Assembly (NCBI GenBank): GCA_031364845.1
Contig: JANLWX010000018.1
Location: 18,247 to 82,246, forward strand
Reading direction: 5' to 3'
Length of the DNA stretch: 64,000 nt
DNA from: Candidatus Eiseniibacteriota bacterium
GTDB lineage: Bacteria; Eisenbacteria; RBG-16-71-46
Shown: positions 8,893 to 17,707 of the stretch, piece by piece
Layout: each line of letters starts with the position of its first letter
Position numbering within the stretch: the first letter of the stretch is position 1
Made by a program: the position numbers and the translations under genes
The notes under the pieces: model-generated
The model's input: the letters and a program-made list of their open reading frames with translations, nothing else
What the model was told of the DNA's origin: nothing
Database searches by the model: none

Positions 8893-9753
8893 CTAGAGAA
8901 CGGCCCAGGCTTCGAGCAAGCGCTCGAGATCCTCATCTCCGTAGAACTCGAACTCCACCTTGCCACCCTTGCGCCCGCGCCGGATCGCCACGTGAGTGCC
9001 GAACTTCTGCTGAAGCTTCGTTTCCCACTCTCCGAGTCCCTGGGCTCGGCTCGCGGAAGGTCGCGTGGTGGCGCGCCGCAGCTTCCGCCGTATGTAAGCT
9101 TCGGTGCGGCGGACCGAGAAACCTTTCGCGTGCACGTACCGTGCGGCGGCAAGCATTTCTCCAGAACTCTCTAGACTCAATAGTGATCTGGCGTGTCCAG
9201 CCGTCAATGTTTCACGTGAAACCATGTCCTGGACTTCGACGGGCAGCGTGAGCAACCGGAGCATGTTGGTGATCGATGCGCGCTGCTTGCCAACCCGATC
9301 CGAAATCTGATCGTGCGTCAGCCCCGCATTTGTGCTGAGGGAGAGATAGGCTTTCGCCTCTTCAATCGGATTGAGATTCTCGCGCTGGATGTTCTCGACC
9401 AGCGACATCTCGATCATCTCGCGATCGGTGACGTCCCTGATGACGGCAGGGATCTTCGTGAGGCCCGCGGCCCGTGTAGCGCGCAGACGGCGCTCGCCGG
9501 CAACCAGCTCGTACCCATCCGCGGCCGCCCGGCGCACCAGAACCGGCTGGAGGACTCCGCTGGTCTTGATCGAAGCCGCCAGTTCCCTGATCGCCTCGTC
9601 ATCGAAGACGGTGCGGGGCTGATGAGGATTGGGCGCGATATCGTCGATATCTAATTCGACCGAACCGTTCGATCGAGCTTCGGCGATCGCGGTGGCCGAG
9701 GAGGAACCGGGGATCAACGCGTCGAGACCTCTACCTAATACTTTCCTGTGCAT
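8893..9753 (-). CDS. parB: Chromosome partitioning protein ParB/Spo0J
   Basis: [49 protein letters not shown]. Confidence 0.97.
   Translation of the reverse strand: MHRKVLGRGLDALIPGSSSATAIAEARSNGSVELDIDDIAPNPHQPRTVFDDEAIRELAASIKTSGVLQPVLVRRAAADGYELVAGERRLRATRAAGLTKIPAVIRDVTDREMIEMSLVENIQRENLNPIEEAKAYLSLSTNAGLTHDQISDRVGKQRASITNMLRLLTLPVEVQDMVSRETLTAGHARSLLSLESSGEMLAAARYVHAKGFSVRRTEAYIRRKLRRATTRPSASRAQGLGEWETKLQQKFGTHVAIRRGRKGGKVEFEFYGDEDLERLLEAWAVL
9208..9223. promoter_or_regulatory. parS site inside parB
   Basis: TGTTTCACGTGAAACC, 15/16 match to the consensus TGTTTCACGTGAAACA. Confidence 0.85.
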
Positions 9754-10507
9754 GCTCCAGGACCTCCCGCGCCAGATCGCGATAGCTGTCGGCGCCCGTA
9801 CTATTGGGGTCGTAAAGAACGATCGGCTTGCCAAACGAAGGGGCTTCGCTGAGTCGTACGTTCCGCGGAATGACGCTGCGATAGACCCGTTCAGCAAAGA
9901 ATTTGCGTGCTTCGGCGGCAACCTGTTGAGATAGATTGAGCCGTGCGTCGAACATGGTCAGGAGGACGCCTTCGATGCGAAGACCCGGATTCAGATGATC
10001 CTGCACCAGACGAATGGCCCCGATCAGCTGACTCAGGCCTTCCAGGGCAAGGTACTCGCACTGAAGTGGAATCAAGACCGAGTCCGACGCCGTGAGGGCA
10101 TTCACAGTCAGGAGCCCCAGAGATGGCGGGGTGTCGAGGAAGATGTAGTCGTAGGAATCGCGCACCGTCGCGATGGCGTTCTTGAGCCGCGCTTCACGGC
10201 CGAGCATGCTGACGAGCTCGATCTCGGCTCCGGATAGCCGCTGCCCGGCGGGGACGAGATCCAGATTTGCCAGGGCCGTGGTCCGCGTGGCCGTCTTCAT
10301 GTCCGCGGCACCGATCAAGACCTCGTAGACGCTCGACGCCACGTCGTTGCCATTCACACCGAGGCCGCTGCTGGCGCTGCCCTGGGGATCGACGTCGATG
10401 AGCAGCACGCGCTGGCTCTCCTGCGCAAGGCAGGCCGCCAGATTGATCGCTGTCGTGGTTTTTCCGACGCCGCCCTTCTGACTGGCGACTGAAATTACTC
10501 TACCCAT
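9731..10507 (-). CDS. parA: Chromosome partitioning ATPase ParA/Soj
   Basis: [10 protein letters not shown] deviant Walker [41 protein letters not shown]. Confidence 0.97.
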   Translation of the reverse strand: MGRVISVASQKGGVGKTTTAINLAACLAQESQRVLLIDVDPQGSASSGLGVNGNDVASSVYEVLIGAADMKTATRTTALANLDLVPAGQRLSGAEIELVSMLGREARLKNAIATVRDSYDYIFLDTPPSLGLLTVNALTASDSVLIPLQCEYLALEGLSQLIGAIRLVQDHLNPGLRIEGVLLTMFDARLNLSQQVAAEARKFFAERVYRSVIPRNVRLSEAPSFGKPIVLYDPNSTGADSYRDLAREVLEHAQESIR

Positions 10508-10600
10508 TCCTTGAGCCTGACCTCGGGAGAGGACTTCCCTATTCGTCGGGGCGACGAGGGACGAACACTACCAACTCGTCGTCTGAATGCACAACAACAA

Positions 10601-10616
10601 TGTTTCACGGGAAACA
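10601..10616. promoter_or_regulatory. parS site upstream of parA
   Basis: TGTTTCACGGGAAACA (15/16) inside the extended palindrome ACAA...TTGT at 10597-10620. Confidence 0.85.
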
Positions 10617-10636
10617 TTGTCGTCGAATGTGTTCAA

Positions 10637-12283
10637 CTAGCTCTTACGTTTGAAGATCGCAACCGCAGTGTGCTCGTCGCCCACGGTGAGCGTTCGATCA
10701 AGATCCCACGCAAGGTTCCACGCAGAGTCTTCACCGAGCTCTTCACTGCGGCCGCTGCCCTTCCACAGAAACGCCGAACCATCCTTCTGGACAAGAGCTT
10801 CCGCAAGTTCAAGTGTCGGGGCAAGCTTCATGGTCGCGCGCGAGGTGAAACCTTCGATATCCCGGGCGCCTTCGCGCTCTTCCACGAACGCTTCGAGTCG
10901 CCCGTGATAGACCTCGAGATGTGGCATTTCAAGCTCTTGAATCGCCTTCCGCATGAACAGTGTCTTCGGTCGGCGGGACTCAACCAGGGTCCAGTGCCCA
11001 CCAACTCCGAGAATGGCGAGCGGAATCGCCGGAAAACCCGCCCCTGAGCCGAAGTCCAGCCAGCGCGTCGCTCCCGACGCCTTGAGTTCGTGGGCGCACT
11101 CCACCGACTCTCGAATGTGCCGCGTCACGATTCGCGCTTCATCGTTGCGTGAGATCAGGTTCGAAACGCTTCGGTTCCACTCGATCGCGAGCTGGGTGAA
11201 CTTCTTGAGTCGCGCAATCGTGGGCTCGACATCCGCACCGCTCTTCGCGATGTGAGGGATCAGGTCTTCCCACGGCTGCCGAGCAAGGATGTTGGGGACC
11301 GGCCCGATCCGTTCGAGACTGCGCCGAACTCGTGGACCTTGAACCCGGTCACGCACATAACCACCTGAGGGACGGCTCACCGCCCGGGCGCCATGAGCGG
11401 TCGGCGACTTGCGACGGGGACCGGAAGCCGGCGTCGAGGCACCGCCCGACGCAGGGCGAACGTCACGGCGCTGGCCGGGCTTGGTCCGACTGGAGAGCCG
11501 CGGCGACGGCGTGCCCTGCGCACGAGGCCCCCGATCAGTCGCGGGCCTCGCGTCACGCCCCCACGATCGAGCCCGGCGCTGGCCGCCCTCGCGACGCGTT
11601 TCACCAGGGCCGGGCTTTGAATCATCCGTCCGCCACGGTCCACCGAGACGCGGTTGACCGGCGCGATGGGAAGCGGGACGAGCGTTGGAAGTGCCTTCGC
11701 TGCTTGGCTTTCGGTCGGAACGCCACAGTGGTTTCCGGCGCGCATCGGGTTCTCTTCGAGCACCGCGCCGGGGGTCACGCGACAGTTCGGCACCCGATCC
11801 CGGCGTCTCGCTCCCGCCACGCTGGGCCGGTTCTGCCGGACGACGGGGACCCGAAGATTCCGGACCGCTTGCGCGTCCGGATTCGGAGCGTCCCGGGCGG
11901 CCTCGATCGCCTCCTGCTCCACGTCCCGCGAAACCGCCCCGCGAACCTTCGCGCGAAGCTCCTTCGCGAACGGGGCGCCCTTCGCGGCCAGATCCGCCTT
12001 CGCGGCGGGGTCCGCCTTCGCGAGCGGGTCGGCCTTCGCCGCCGGGCCTGCCTTCGCGAGCCGGTCGCCCTTCGCGTACACGTCCGCCTTCGCCATCCGC
12101 TCGACCTTCACGGGCGGGGCGGCCTTCGCCAACCGGCCGAGCGGTGGGTCGACTGAAGGTGTCTCTCGAGCGCGCAGGACGATCGGAAGTGGTGCCGGTT
12201 CCAGCATCGCGCCGAGGTCCTCGCGAATCGGAGCGCGGTCGCTGCGGGCGTGACGTCGGGCGACGGTTCTCGGGTGGGGTCAT
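10637..12283 (-). CDS. rsmG: 16S rRNA m7G527 methyltransferase RsmG (GidB) with a long low-complexity N-terminal extension
   Basis: C-terminal ~210 aa: EWNRSVSNLIS, RHIRES, LDFGSGAGFPAIPLA, LVESRRPK, FTSRA; position between mnmG and parA. Confidence 0.9.
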   Translation of the reverse strand: MTPPENRRPTSRPQRPRSDSRGPRRDAGTGTTSDRPARSRDTFSRPTARPVGEGRPAREGRADGEGGRVREGRPAREGRPGGEGRPAREGGPRREGGSGREGRPVREGASREGSRGGFAGRGAGGDRGRPGRSESGRASGPESSGPRRPAEPAQRGGSETPGSGAELSRDPRRGARREPDARRKPLWRSDRKPSSEGTSNARPASHRAGQPRLGGPWRTDDSKPGPGETRREGGQRRARSWGRDARPATDRGPRAQGTPSPRLSSRTKPGQRRDVRPASGGASTPASGPRRKSPTAHGARAVSRPSGGYVRDRVQGPRVRRSLERIGPVPNILARQPWEDLIPHIAKSGADVEPTIARLKKFTQLAIEWNRSVSNLISRNDEARIVTRHIRESVECAHELKASGATRWLDFGSGAGFPAIPLAILGVGGHWTLVESRRPKTLFMRKAIQELEMPHLEVYHGRLEAFVEEREGARDIEGFTSRATMKLAPTLELAEALVQKDGSAFLWKGSGRSEELGEDSAWNLAWDLDRTLTVGDEHTAVAIFKRKS

Positions 12284-12478
12284 GGCCGCACACTAGCACG
12301 GGAGCGCCATCGATGGGCATCGTGCAATTGGAGTCTGTCGACGTATTCGTAACTGCTTAGGTTGTGTGGCGAAGATTGTTGCGGGGTCGAAATTCCCCGT
12401 GGCCCACGTTGTTCTGCAATCTCTTACGCGACCCCTGATGCCACAAATCGGGCCTGCAACAATCTTCGCCGCAGGCCG

Positions 12479-14368
12479 TCAGCCTTCGACGGAGGCCGGT
12501 GCTTCATTCGCGCGGCCGCGACGCGCATGCACCATGAGCACCGCGACATCCGACGGTGACACACCGGCGATGCGACTCGCCTGGCCGACGGTTGCGGGCC
12601 GCCAGCGCCGCAGCTTCTCGCGGGCCTCGCGCGAAACACCGACGAGTTCGTCCTCCCACAGCGATACCGAAAGCAGGACGTGATCCATGGAGGCCGACTT
12701 CTCGGCGGTGCGTTGCTGGCGCTCGATGTATCCGCGATAGCGAACACGCACTTCGATGCAGTCGCTCCAGGCCGGCGGGATCTCACTCGCGACGCCACGC
12801 GCCGCGAGCCCGGCGATCGTGCCCTCGGGACGCGCAAGCAGTTCGATCGCGCGCATCGGACGTTCACCTTCGGGAACAACGACGCTGATGCGGGCGAGCC
12901 GCCGTTCCTCGGCCACGATCGCGGCGTACTTCGCGCGGACGCGCTCGATCTGCCCGGCGCTCACGAGCCCGATCGCGTGGCCGATCTCGCACAACCGCTC
13001 GTCGGCGTTGTCGGCGCGCAGCAGCAGCCGATGCTCCGCGGCGGACGTGAACATGCGATAGGGCTCGCGGTGTTCGCGGGTCACCAGGTCATCGACCAGC
13101 ACTCCGACATAGGCCTGATCGCGCCGCAGCACGAATTGGGGATCGCCGCGCACCTGGAGTGCCGCGTTGATCCCGGCGATCAGGCCCTGGGCCGCGGCCT
13201 CCTCATAGCCTGAAGTTCCGCAGATCTGCCCGGCGAGGAACAGGCCGGGCACCTGCTTCACCTCGAACGTCGCCTGCAGCTGATGCGGAAGCACGAAGTC
13301 GTACTCGACCGCATAGCCAGGCCGGATCAACTCGGCGCGCTCGAGTCCGGGGATCGTGCGCACGAATTCGCGCTGCACGTCCGCGGGCAGGCTCGTCGAG
13401 AGGCCGTTGACGTAGATTTCGGGAACATCACGCCCCTCGGGCTCGACAAACACCTGATGCGTGGTGCGCTCGGGAAACTTCACCACCTTGTCCTCGATCG
13501 AAGGGCAATAGCGGGGCCCCGCGCCCTTGATCTCGCCCGAGTAGAGCGGTGAATGGTGAATGTTCCTGCGAATCACTTCATGAGTCCGCTCGCTGGTGCG
13601 GGTCAGCCAGCACAGCACCTGGTCGAGTTCGAGCCGTTCGGTCCAGTGCGAAAACGGCTGCGGCGGATCGTCGCCCCGCTGCGGCGCCATCGCGGCCGTG
13701 TCGATCGAATCGCGATGGATCCGCGGTGGAGTTCCGGTCTTAAGACGTCCGCGCTCGAGCCCGAGCTCCGACAGGCACTCGCTCAGCGCCAGCGCGGCGT
13801 GCTCACCGATCCGGCCGCCCGCAATCTTCTCGGAGCCGATGTGAATGAGACCGTCCAGAAACGTCCCCGGCGTGATGACCGCAGCCCGGCACGCGAGGAA
13901 CCGCCCGTCCGCCAACTCGATGCCGGCCACACGGCCACGTTCGAGGCGCACGTGATTCGCGACCCCGGCGATCCGCTCCAATCCCGGCACTCCCGCAAGC
14001 AGTGCGAGCATTTCGCGGGAGTAGAGCGGCTTGTCGCACTGCGCGCGCGGGGACCACACCGCGGGACCGCGGCCGCGGTTGAGCATCTTGAACTGGATCG
14101 CCGCGCGGTCGGTGACGATGCCCATGATCCCGCCCAGCGCATCGATCTCGCGCACCATGTGTCCTTTGGCGATTCCCCCGATGGCCGGATTGCACGACAT
14201 CTTCGCCGTGTCGTCGAGGTTCACGGTGAGGAGCGCGGTATGAAGCCCAAGCCGCGCGCACGCGACCGCCGCTTCGCAACCCGCATGCCCCGCGCCGACC
14301 ACGACCACATCGAAGCGGCCTTCGGACGCGGCGTCCGGACGGGCGGCGGTTTCGATCGGGATCGTCAT
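12479..14368 (-). CDS. mnmG: tRNA uridine-5-carboxymethylaminomethyl modification enzyme MnmG (GidA)
   Basis: VVGAGHAGCEAA, MSCNPAIGGIAKG, LKTGTPPR, GPRYCPSIEDK, GTSGYEEAAAQG. Confidence 0.98.
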   Translation of the reverse strand: MTIPIETAARPDAASEGRFDVVVVGAGHAGCEAAVACARLGLHTALLTVNLDDTAKMSCNPAIGGIAKGHMVREIDALGGIMGIVTDRAAIQFKMLNRGRGPAVWSPRAQCDKPLYSREMLALLAGVPGLERIAGVANHVRLERGRVAGIELADGRFLACRAAVITPGTFLDGLIHIGSEKIAGGRIGEHAALALSECLSELGLERGRLKTGTPPRIHRDSIDTAAMAPQRGDDPPQPFSHWTERLELDQVLCWLTRTSERTHEVIRRNIHHSPLYSGEIKGAGPRYCPSIEDKVVKFPERTTHQVFVEPEGRDVPEIYVNGLSTSLPADVQREFVRTIPGLERAELIRPGYAVEYDFVLPHQLQATFEVKQVPGLFLAGQICGTSGYEEAAAQGLIAGINAALQVRGDPQFVLRRDQAYVGVLVDDLVTREHREPYRMFTSAAEHRLLLRADNADERLCEIGHAIGLVSAGQIERVRAKYAAIVAEERRLARISVVVPEGERPMRAIELLARPEGTIAGLAARGVASEIPPAWSDCIEVRVRYRGYIERQQRTAEKSASMDHVLLSVSLWEDELVGVSREAREKLRRWRPATVGQASRIAGVSPSDVAVLMVHARRGRANEAPASVEG

Positions 14369-14369
14369 C

Positions 14370-15761
14370 TCACTTCCCGATGCAGAAGCGGCCGAAGATC
14401 CGGTCGAGTACGTCGGCATCCACCGCGCGCCCGGTGACTTCGCCGATCGCCGCGAGCGACTCGCGCAACTCCAGCGCGACGATCTCGCCCGGCGATCCGG
14501 CCGCGGCCGCGGCGGTCGCGCGCGCGAGGCCCTCGGCCCCGCGCCGCAAGGCATCTGCATGGCGCGGATTCGCGAGCGCGATGGAGCGCTGTGCACCTGC
14601 GCCGTCCGCCGGCGCGGCTTCGATCAACTGCGCCAGCGCCGCGCGCAATTCGGCGAGCCCATCGCCACGCACAGCCGAGACCGAGACCGCGGCCGACCAG
14701 CGCGCATCGACCAACAAGGGTTCGAGATCGCGCGGTGCGAGCACGCACCCGAGGTCCGACTTGTTGAGCGCGACCAGCACGCGCTTGCCCGCGAACGCGC
14801 GCGCGATCTCGTGGTCATCGGCATCGATCGGTGCGGTTCCATCGATCACCCACAGCAAAGCACGGCTCTCCTCGAGGGTGTCCCACGCGCGGGCGACACC
14901 GATCGATTCGACGCGATCCGCCGACTCGCGCAGGCCGGCCGTATCCGAAAGCGTGACCCGCGCCCCGCACAGCTCGATCGACTCGGTCACTCGATCCCGG
15001 GTGGTGCCCGGCAGTTCTGTCACGATCGCGCGTTCCTCGCCGATCAGCGCGTTGAACAGCGACGACTTCCCGACGTTGGGGCGGCCCACCAGCGGCACAC
15101 GAACGCCGTCGCGGATTGCACGCCCCCACGCGGCACTCGCCAGCATCGCATTCAGCTCGCCGCGCACCGACTCGATCAGATCGACCACGTGCGGGGGCAC
15201 CTCGACGCCGCCGACGTCCTCGGCGAAGTCGACGCGCGCTTCGACCTCGGCGAGCGCGTCGGTCATGCGGTCACCGAGCGCATCCAGCCGCCGCGACAGC
15301 GCACCCGCGAGTTGCGCGAGTGCCAGCTCATGCGCGGCCTCGGTCTCCGCGTGGATCACGTCCGCCACCGCTTCGGCTTGCGCGAGGTCGATGCGTCCGT
15401 TCAAGAACGCGCGCTGAGTGAACTCGCCGGGGCCGGCGAGCCGCGCCCCGGAGGTCACGAGTGCGGCCAGCAGACGTTCGGCCGACAGCCGCCCGCCGTG
15501 ACACGAGAGCTCGACGACATCCTCTCCGGTGTAGGAACGCGGAGCGCGGAACACCGCCGCCACGACCTCATCCAGGCATCGGGCGTCGGTCGTGGCATGC
15601 GCCCAGCCGTGGTGCACCGTATGGGAGGCCGCCTCCGAAAGCGGCGGCCGCCCGCGGAATACGTGCCCGGCGACCGATAGCGCCTCGGGTCCGCTCACGC
15701 GCAGCACCGCGAGCCCGGCCCGGCCGGAGGCCGTGGCGATCGCAGCGATGGTGTCGGTCAA
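14370..15761 (-). CDS. mnmE: tRNA modification GTPase MnmE (TrmE)
   Basis: DTIAAIAT, PRSYTGEDVVE, GEFTQRAFLNG, GRPNVGKSS, DTAG, NKSD, FCIGK C-terminus. Confidence 0.98.
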   Translation of the reverse strand: MTDTIAAIATASGRAGLAVLRVSGPEALSVAGHVFRGRPPLSEAASHTVHHGWAHATTDARCLDEVVAAVFRAPRSYTGEDVVELSCHGGRLSAERLLAALVTSGARLAGPGEFTQRAFLNGRIDLAQAEAVADVIHAETEAAHELALAQLAGALSRRLDALGDRMTDALAEVEARVDFAEDVGGVEVPPHVVDLIESVRGELNAMLASAAWGRAIRDGVRVPLVGRPNVGKSSLFNALIGEERAIVTELPGTTRDRVTESIELCGARVTLSDTAGLRESADRVESIGVARAWDTLEESRALLWVIDGTAPIDADDHEIARAFAGKRVLVALNKSDLGCVLAPRDLEPLLVDARWSAAVSVSAVRGDGLAELRAALAQLIEAAPADGAGAQRSIALANPRHADALRRGAEGLARATAAAAAGSPGEIVALELRESLAAIGEVTGRAVDADVLDRIFGRFCIGK

Positions 15762-15847
15762 TCACGCCTCCTCGATCGCAGCGCGCGCAGGACGCGCCGA
15801 ACGGCACGCGTCACATCACCGCGGTCCACGGCTCGAACCGCGGCCAC

Positions 15848-15891
15848 AAAACGCCGCGGCGCCGGAGCCCGCTTCGAGCTCCGGCGCCGCG
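15848..15891 (-). terminator. Intrinsic terminator after jag
   Basis: 14-bp stem (15855-15868 / 15878-15891) followed on the minus strand by TTTT. Confidence 0.65.
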
Positions 15892-15907
15892 CGGATCCAG
15901 AACCCGT

Positions 15908-17437
15908 TTACTCTTCGTCGTCTCTCGGTCCGCCGGCGAAATCGGCCGGCGCGACGGCGACCCGTTTGATGAGCCCGGTGCCCAGGGCATAGGTCTTCAC
16001 GCGCAGATCTTCTTTGAGCGTCACATGAACGATCCGGCGTTCCTGAGAGTTGAGGTACTCGGTCACGACTTCATTTCCCGAGGTGAGCGCCTCCTCAGCC
16101 AGCGTTCGCGCGAGTTGATCCAGCTCCAGCTCCCGCTTCGCCCAGAAGTCGTTGATCTCGAGCTGCAGATGATAGCGGCCAGTCTGCCCGCGGTTGAGCA
16201 TCAGGTTGAGCAGGTGCTGAAGCGCCTGACGAACCTCGCCCTTGGGGCCAGTGAGCAGGTCGTCCTGGGCCGCGACCGTCAACGAGACATCGGCGCGTTC
16301 GGTATCCGCGGTCGCCGTCACGGTCGCTTCGAAGCCCATCGCCTTCATCACTTCCTCCGTGATGCGGCGGGCCTCCTGGGCGAGTTGATCGGGCTGCATG
16401 CCCGAAGCTCCGGATGTCTCGGGACGCTCGGTGGCAGTTGCCATGGCCGTTCCCCCTCTCGACTCCTCATCGGACGCCAGCATCGCCCCGCTCATTGCGG
16501 GAACCGGAGGCATCGCCTCGCGCGGCACCGACGGCCCGCGCTCGTCACGATCACGGCCACTGCGGCCGCGACCTCCCCGGCGCCGGCGGCGACGGCCTTC
16601 GCCGTCATCGAAGCGCGCCGGCTCTCCACTCTCGATTGGAGCACGCGGCTCGGCCGCGCGCGGATCGCGAGCGGGCTGTGATGCCGCGGCTTCGTCGACG
16701 CGCGTGTCGCGGCCACCGCGATCGCGGTCGCGGCCACGGTCGGGACGCGGGCTGCGATCGCCGAACATCGGAGCATCCTCACGGGATGGCCGGTCGTCCA
16801 ACGCCGGACGCGAATCCCGCCGTCCGCGATCTTCGGACGCCGGGCGTTCTTCGCGCGGAGCCCGATCACCGAACGCCGGACGCGCCTCGCGCGGAGCCCT
16901 ATCTCCGGCCGGGCGCGCTTCACGCGGCCCGCGGTCCTCGCGCGGTCCACGATCTTCACGCGGTGCGCGGTCCGGCCGCGGAGCACGATCGCTCCGGGGC
17001 CCACGATCCTCGCGCGGAGGACGCGCTTCACGCGGTCCACGATCGTCACGGGGTCCGCGCGCCTCGGGTAAGCCACCGCCGCCTTCGCGTCCGCCGGCCG
17101 TAACCGGCTGGCCACCGCGAGCCGGACGCCCGCCGCGATCTCCGCGGGGACGGTCTTCGCGACCTCCGCGGCCGCCACGAGCGCCGCGGTCACGTCCGCC
17201 GCGTCCACCACTGCTGCGGCGGCCGCGATCGTCTTCCGCCATCGGTTCCGCCGGCGGACCGCCCGGACGCGGGATGATACGAACCTTGTAGGGACGGGCT
17301 CCGATACCCAGGAAACCACCGGACCCTTCCTCGATCACCGCGATCGATACTTCCGCGCGGGACAGACCGAGCGCCTCGAGACCTTTGCGCACCGCGTCAT
17401 CGAGGGTCTTGCCGTCGAATATGACCCCTGTAGCCAT
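15908..17437 (-). CDS. jag: Jag/KhpB (EloR) RNA-binding protein with a long disordered linker
   Basis: Jag_N (GKTLDDAV...GFLGIG), KH (LLTGPKGEVRQALQ), R3H (ERRIVH); downstream of yidC. Confidence 0.92.
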   Translation of the reverse strand: MATGVIFDGKTLDDAVRKGLEALGLSRAEVSIAVIEEGSGGFLGIGARPYKVRIIPRPGGPPAEPMAEDDRGRRSSGGRGGRDRGARGGRGGREDRPRGDRGGRPARGGQPVTAGGREGGGGLPEARGPRDDRGPREARPPREDRGPRSDRAPRPDRAPREDRGPREDRGPREARPAGDRAPREARPAFGDRAPREERPASEDRGRRDSRPALDDRPSREDAPMFGDRSPRPDRGRDRDRGGRDTRVDEAAASQPARDPRAAEPRAPIESGEPARFDDGEGRRRRRRGGRGRSGRDRDERGPSVPREAMPPVPAMSGAMLASDEESRGGTAMATATERPETSGASGMQPDQLAQEARRITEEVMKAMGFEATVTATADTERADVSLTVAAQDDLLTGPKGEVRQALQHLLNLMLNRGQTGRYHLQLEINDFWAKRELELDQLARTLAEEALTSGNEVVTEYLNSQERRIVHVTLKEDLRVKTYALGTGLIKRVAVAPADFAGGPRDDEE

Positions 17438-17707
17438 TCCAGAACCTCCCAGAACCTCTCAACCACTTGCGACCGGAGCGAGCAACCTGAATGTGCTCCG
17501 TATGTCGCGTCGGAAACGAGCGAGCCCTGGCACCTCGAGGCCCGCCGGACCACTCGGGCGTGAGCTTGTGTCGATCCGGCTTGCGGGCCCACCGCGGGGC
17601 TCGAAGCCCGGCGCGGGTCGCCATCTCGCTAGAGTACCTGCTCCATGACCCTTTGGCCACGGCGCAGCGCAGCAATCATCCCGGGATTCCCGAGCCGGCA
17701 CTGCCGA

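Noticed and set aside
11940..12130. Periodic ~18-nt repeats (CCTTCGCG...) as a CRISPR array
   Set aside because: In-frame degenerate coding repeats with no unique spacers and no cas genes.
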